A stretch of 64,000 nucleotides of DNA from Antedon mediterranea (taxonomy: Eukaryota; Animalia; Echinodermata), in the NCBI RefSeq assembly GCF_964355755.1, contig NC_092680.1:620001-684000 (forward strand), read 5' to 3'. The notes beneath the pieces are model-generated. The model did no database searches. It saw only the letters and a list, made by a program, of their open reading frames with translations, and was not told where the DNA came from. The position numbers were made by a program, and so were the translations under genes. Each line of letters begins with the position of its first letter. Position 1 is the first letter of the stretch. Below are positions 58,870 to 64,000 of the stretch, one piece after another.

Positions 58870-61800
58870 ATGGATGTGCGGAAATATGCAATTTTGGTTC
58901 TTTTCGTTGCATCTTATTGCAGAAGCCAAAAAGGTGGTGGCTCAGGTATGCTGTTTCTATTTCTAATTTATGTTGTCGTTCTGCGGTTCTAGTAAGAGCA
59001 GAAATGAGAAAATGGATTATGAATTAACCAAGTCTATGTATTTTTGACAATTCAGATACCATTATAATTGTTTATAGGCCTAATTCAAAAATGAAAGATA
59101 CAAAAAAAATGTACAATTTTCTTTGGTCTTTGATACTTAAAAATAAATTTCGTTATCATATTATATTATTTCTTATATATTTCGTATATTAGTATCTATA
59201 TATAAATTTACGTACGGGCAAAATTCAATAAATTTATTTCTAGAATTTTTACTGGATGGTATATAAAGTTGGTTCATACTTTCGGTACTAGTTTTAACCA
59301 TCTGATGTAACCCTGTTTACTAATTAAATTTAGTTAGGTAATTAGTTATTGACGATTAAAACGAATTTAGGTTCAACGATTTGCCCCAAATAGGGGTGTT
59401 TTCCAATCGTGGTATACACTGTCTAATGAATGTCCATGGAAAAATACCCGCACACAATAATAGGAGGATGCTTTAACTTCGCATTTTCCTATCTCCTCCT
59501 ACGATAATTATTTTTAATAGCTGAAAACCGGTTGAACAGCTCGAGTACAGCATCATAATGTTGAAGACAGGCCGATTTTCTTTAAAAAAATACTATTTTG
59601 ATAGATTTAATATACATTTATACAACTGTTTTGATCTGCGATAAATGGGACATTCCAATCTCTGTTCCACAAGTGTCTATTCTCTCAGGCGTCGTAAAGA
59701 CAAGTACTGTACAGTCATAACCGAAATTCGATCCATTTTATCCAATCTGTGCTGCAGAGGTTGGATATAGGTTTTTTTTAACGAATAATGATCTAGCCTT
59801 TCCAGTCGCCGTCTATTAAATAATCATGTTTATTATTGCAGTCAAACCGCCACCCACAACACCCCCCCCCCCCCATCACTGGCATGAGTACCGTAGCGTT
59901 GTAAGGCCAGTAGATGACAGGCCTAACAGTACAAAGGATCACATGCCCTAAACGCAGAACAACTTTGGTGGTTAGAAACCAACTTAAGTATGAATTGGCT
60001 CTAAGAAACAATTGAAAACCATTAGACCTACTAATTAAGTTGAGTTAGATAATTATTTATTGACGATTAAAGCGAATTTACGATTTTCCCCTAATAGAGG
60101 TGTTTACTTTATTACTGACAGTTCCTTCTGAACGTTTATATTAATTAATAATGTAATTACTCTACAAAAAAATATAAACGTCGTATTAGTGATGTATCGT
60201 TACATGTACTGTACTATTTCAATCGACTATACGGTGACAGTTTCAACAAAGTATTAAATAGCAATGTTTTACTGTGTTTAGTCATGGAGGTATAAATACC
60301 TCCATGGTTTAGTGGTATATTATTTGTAAAACAGGAAAACAATTACTATTTCGTTACTAAATGGAAGAATATATTTAGAAATTGTTCGTCTTTGCACCCA
60401 TCCTGTTCCCCATCCTTCATCCCTCATGTTGCATACAAACCACAAATTCAGTTTGTTTCAAAACAATTGGTCTTATTTTTTGACAAGTTTCTCTTTCGGA
60501 AGTAATTCACAGGGTGCTAATTTTAGTTGAGTACATAAATCACCGTGTCTATTTATTCGTTCCTGTAAACAACATGTATTATTTTCCTGCATGTACATTT
60601 GAAGTCGCCAGTTTTTTAACGCTGAAATTACTATGTATTCGAGAACCATCTGTGGGCACGAACTAGATGGTACGCGAGCGAAGCGAGCGTACCAATCTAG
60701 TCCTTAAAATTCAGGAAAGTGGCATAGTCTATCACATGTGCGGCCCTTCAATAAACATCAGTTTGCCAAATGTGAGCACGTACCGTTCAGTGGTTTTGGA
60801 GTAGATGCGTAAAATACGCGAAAAAACGTAGTAGCAATAATATATAGATAATGATGATGATGATAATTATGATGATGATAATATTAACAATAATAATAAA
60901 AACAAACATCAACAAACAACAATAATAATACATTTTGCATTCGTATTTAATTTATTCTTTAATTTAGGATTAAGAGCAACTTTCATAGAAGCAAAACAGA
61001 GTTCTACACATAGTTCTGGGGCAGTTGCTGGTAGAGCCATCGATGGAAACACAGATGGGGATTTTGAGGAAAATACGTGTAGCCATACCGGTAGTGCTAT
61101 AACAGTCACTTTTTATATCATAATATATGTTTATGAAATAATGTGATAGTGATGATGCGCATATTGATGCTGATGATGGTGAAGGTGATGATGATACTGG
61201 TGATGATGATTCTGATCCTGATAATTTTGATGATGCGTGTACTGATGCTGATGATAGTGATGGTGATGATACTGCTGATGATGACGATGCGTATACTAAT
61301 TCTGATGATGGGGATGGTGATGATAATAGAGATGGTGATGATAATGGTGATGATGTTGATAATGATGCGTATACTGATTCTGATGATGATAATTATGATG
61401 CGTATGCTGATGCTGCGGATGCTGATGATTATGCAACGTCGGTAGTATCTTTTTCTCTGCGGTGTAACATCATACCCTTTCATTATACAGGTTTTATTTC
61501 TCAAAAGCTTTGTAGTGATATGACACTATCATGTCCATAATATGGGCATATCACACTTTTTTTGTCACATAAAGTTTGATAGTGTAGACAGAGCTTAAGA
61601 CCGTTTTTGTTCTATAATAACATTTTTCTTAAGTAACCGTAGCCTATACCGCAAAGCTGCTCCTTTTCAGTTCAGGCGAATGAAGATATCAAGATTCCAA
61701 CATACCGATCGGAGCAGGAATATGTATTTCTATATCTTGTACATGTTGCAGTAAAGATTTGTGTCAACATTCTTTTAAAACCTGGTTACAAAGGATTGGT

Positions 61801-62807
61801 AGTAATTAGTGAGGAAGATTAGGCCGAGTGCATGTCTCATAGTTTGTATATAGTGGCGATTATTATGTAGGCCAAGACTTTTTTTAATAAAGACGACGTA
61901 TGGTTATAAGCAATGCACATGATTTAATCTATGGAATAAGTAAAGGAATAAAGTGACCTCCAAAAAAGCATAGGATTGACATACCATACATTGCACCAAG
62001 CTCCTGCTCATGAATTTGAAAAACTGTACTGAATGCAGTCAATATCGGACCATTTTGGACAAAATATACTGTTATTTTCGTTGACCATGCCCTTTATTGT
62101 AAATTATTGATCTAAGATCAAATCTAATCTAAGATTTGCTTATATAGGAGAATAAAAAAGAGCATTAGGAGTGTGTATAATAACATAGTAGAGTACAGTA
62201 TAAGAGCATAATGAAAGAGAGTATCAGCGTTCCATAGGTGATGCTGCTGGTGCTACTACTACTGATGATTCTGGTGATAATGATAATGTGTTGAGAATAA
62301 TATGCATTGTCTTATCTTAATAATGCATAGTTTATATTCAATAATTGCATCTTTTCTCAGCTGAAGCATTAAACAATTCGTGGTGGTATGTTGATTTAAG
62401 ATCACGGCAGACTATCTCAAAGATTGATATATATAATAGACAAGACTGCTGTGGTAAGTTTAAAAACAACATTAAACTAAAAATATAATAAAAATCAATT
62501 GTATGGTTATATAAGTTAAGTATGCCGAACATCCAAGAATAGATATTTCCTGTACATTTATATGTATCTTCTCAAACTAGGTGATAGACTGGAAGGTGCT
62601 GAGATTCGTGTCGGTAATAACAAAGTATCACCTTTTACTGGAAATGCACAATGTGGAGCTACTATTACAACATCTGTGATTGGTTCAAATCCAATCGAAA
62701 TTATATGTAACCAACCAATCACAGGGCAGTACGTTAGTGTTTATCTTCCCAGAAGGAAACCTCTTACTCTTTGTGAAGTACAGATTTATGCAGGTATCAC
62801 CCGATAA
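58870..62807 (+). CDS. Secreted F-type lectin (fucolectin/FTP domain) gene, 4 exons seen; may continue past 62793
   Basis: Exons 58870-58945 (signal peptide MDVRKYAILVLFVASYCRS), 60968-61090 (QSSTHSSGAVAGRAIDGNTDGDFEENTCSHT), 62361-62453 (NSWWYVDLRSRQTISKIDIYNRQDCC) and 62581-62793 (GDRLEGAEIRVG...GQYVSVYLP...LTLCEVQIYA). All are joined by phase-1 GT-AG introns. The F-type lectin H...RxDxxxxR motif is present. There is a candidate donor at 62794 and a read-through stop at 62805-62807. Confidence 0.92.
61142..61435. repeat. Degenerate (GAT)n microsatellite in lectin intron 2
   Basis: GAT triplets with a recurrent GCGTATACTGAT motif. Confidence 0.85.
61513..61595. mobile_element. MITE family A half copy (lectin intron 2)
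   Basis: TAGTGATATGACAC...GTCACATAAAGTTTGATAGTGTAGACAGAGCT. Confidence 0.75.
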
Positions 62808-63412
62808 ATTTCTGGAACTCTTGGTCCACAAATATACTACTGAGGATACACAGTGTATCAACAGTAACAAGAAATATTTCTTACAAAAAACGCCGCGTAA
62901 CTTTTTTACTGGACAGTTGTAAGAACAGTCTTTATTAATCTAATATAATAGGTCGGCCAATCAAAACGCAAGTGAACAATTGGGACTTTACTTGTGATTT
63001 ATGTCATTGGCCAGTCAGCACAGTCGTTTCTTTCTAGAATTAAACGCACAAACTTGTATTGGGAATAATGTATGTGGTTATTAATATCGCATTTAGGTAT
63101 TGATAATAATAATAATATGGCTTTTGAATATATAATTACTGTCTGTAGAATAACATTTATACATTTTCGGTTCGCGATGAAAAGTTATATGAATGGATTT
63201 GTAATAGGTATTTATAATAATAGTATATGGGTTGTATTATTGCTAAGCTATCACCAAATCGCGTTATAACATTATTTCTCAGGGTTTTTTGCACCATTGA
63301 TCAATACCAAACGCGTATCGGTATTATAGTTTTTAATGAATCATTACATTAATACAAATACCCAATTAAATCAATCGCGTCAGTCCAATTCCGACTTATG
63401 TTTCGATCACAT

Positions 63413-63566
63413 AGTTCTGTGTCTACACTGTCCCAACTAGTTTAACAAAAAAAGTGTGATGTGCCCAAATATGGTAGTGATATGCCCGATTATCGTAGTG
63501 ATATGACATCGTCATGTCTATATAATATGGGCACATCATATTTAGTTTGATAGTATAGACAGAGCT
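63413..63566. mobile_element. MITE family A copy
   Basis: GTCTACACTGTCCCAACTAGTTT...AGTTTGATAGTATAGACAGAGCT. Confidence 0.8.
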
Positions 63567-63591
63567 TAAGGATTATATTTAAAAAATGTTT

Positions 63592-63816
63592 TCTTACATT
63601 TTGAACGGAAGTATTTATTTGGTTATAAGCCCAATTTTCCAGTCTTAATTTTACATTTTGAAAAAAAAAAGTATTTTATTTGTTGATAAGCCCAATTGTG
63701 CAGTCTTATTTTACATTTTGAACGAAAGTATTTATTTGTTGATAAGCCCAATTTTGCAGTCTTATTTTACATTTTAAACGAAAGTATTTATTTGTTGATA
63801 AGCCGAATTTTCCAGT
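63592..63816. repeat. ~60-bp degenerate tandem repeat, about 4 copies
   Basis: TTACATTTTGAACGAAAGTATTTATTTGTTGATAAGCCCAATTTT(G/C)CAGTCTTA recurs. Confidence 0.85.
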
Positions 63817-64000
63817 TTAATAATAATGACCCCTTCCACAGTGCTTATACCATATACATTTTACATGATATTGACCGTGGGTTCTTTACGCCTCTGATGC
63901 ATTTGTTTTTATTGTACCTTTTTAATAAATTATTATATGTTTAGGCCTGATCACACCCAATTTAATGAAACGGTCAGATTCCGATTTCAATTGAACGAAA

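Overview
AT-rich eukaryotic (metazoan) genomic DNA with spliceosomal introns. The Deu-domain SINEs and the F-type lectin suggest a marine invertebrate, possibly an echinoderm (inference). I reconstructed two host genes by hand. (1) A complete 22-exon RGS22-like gene on the minus strand (56262->37244, about 1486 aa) with a 25-nt first coding segment, a 29-nt micro-exon, one GC-AG intron and an in-frame alternative acceptor. (2) A divergently oriented secreted F-type lectin (fucolectin) gene on the plus strand (58870->62793/62807). The left 37 kb has no host gene I can support. It holds a GC-rich, 3'-truncated DIRS-type retrotransposon with an intact gag-like ORF (27165-29520) and several minisatellite arrays. 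Across the window there are about 11 copies of one ~150-bp MITE, other MITEs, tRNA-derived SINEs, a Penelope-type minimal hammerhead ribozyme (36236-36272), a 24-bp P-element-like footprint and many short tandem duplications. Most long ORFs in the supplied track are artefacts of tandem repeats. I found no CRISPR or prokaryotic system, and no single clearly novel system; candidates are listed as findings. Family assignments are from memory and were not searched.
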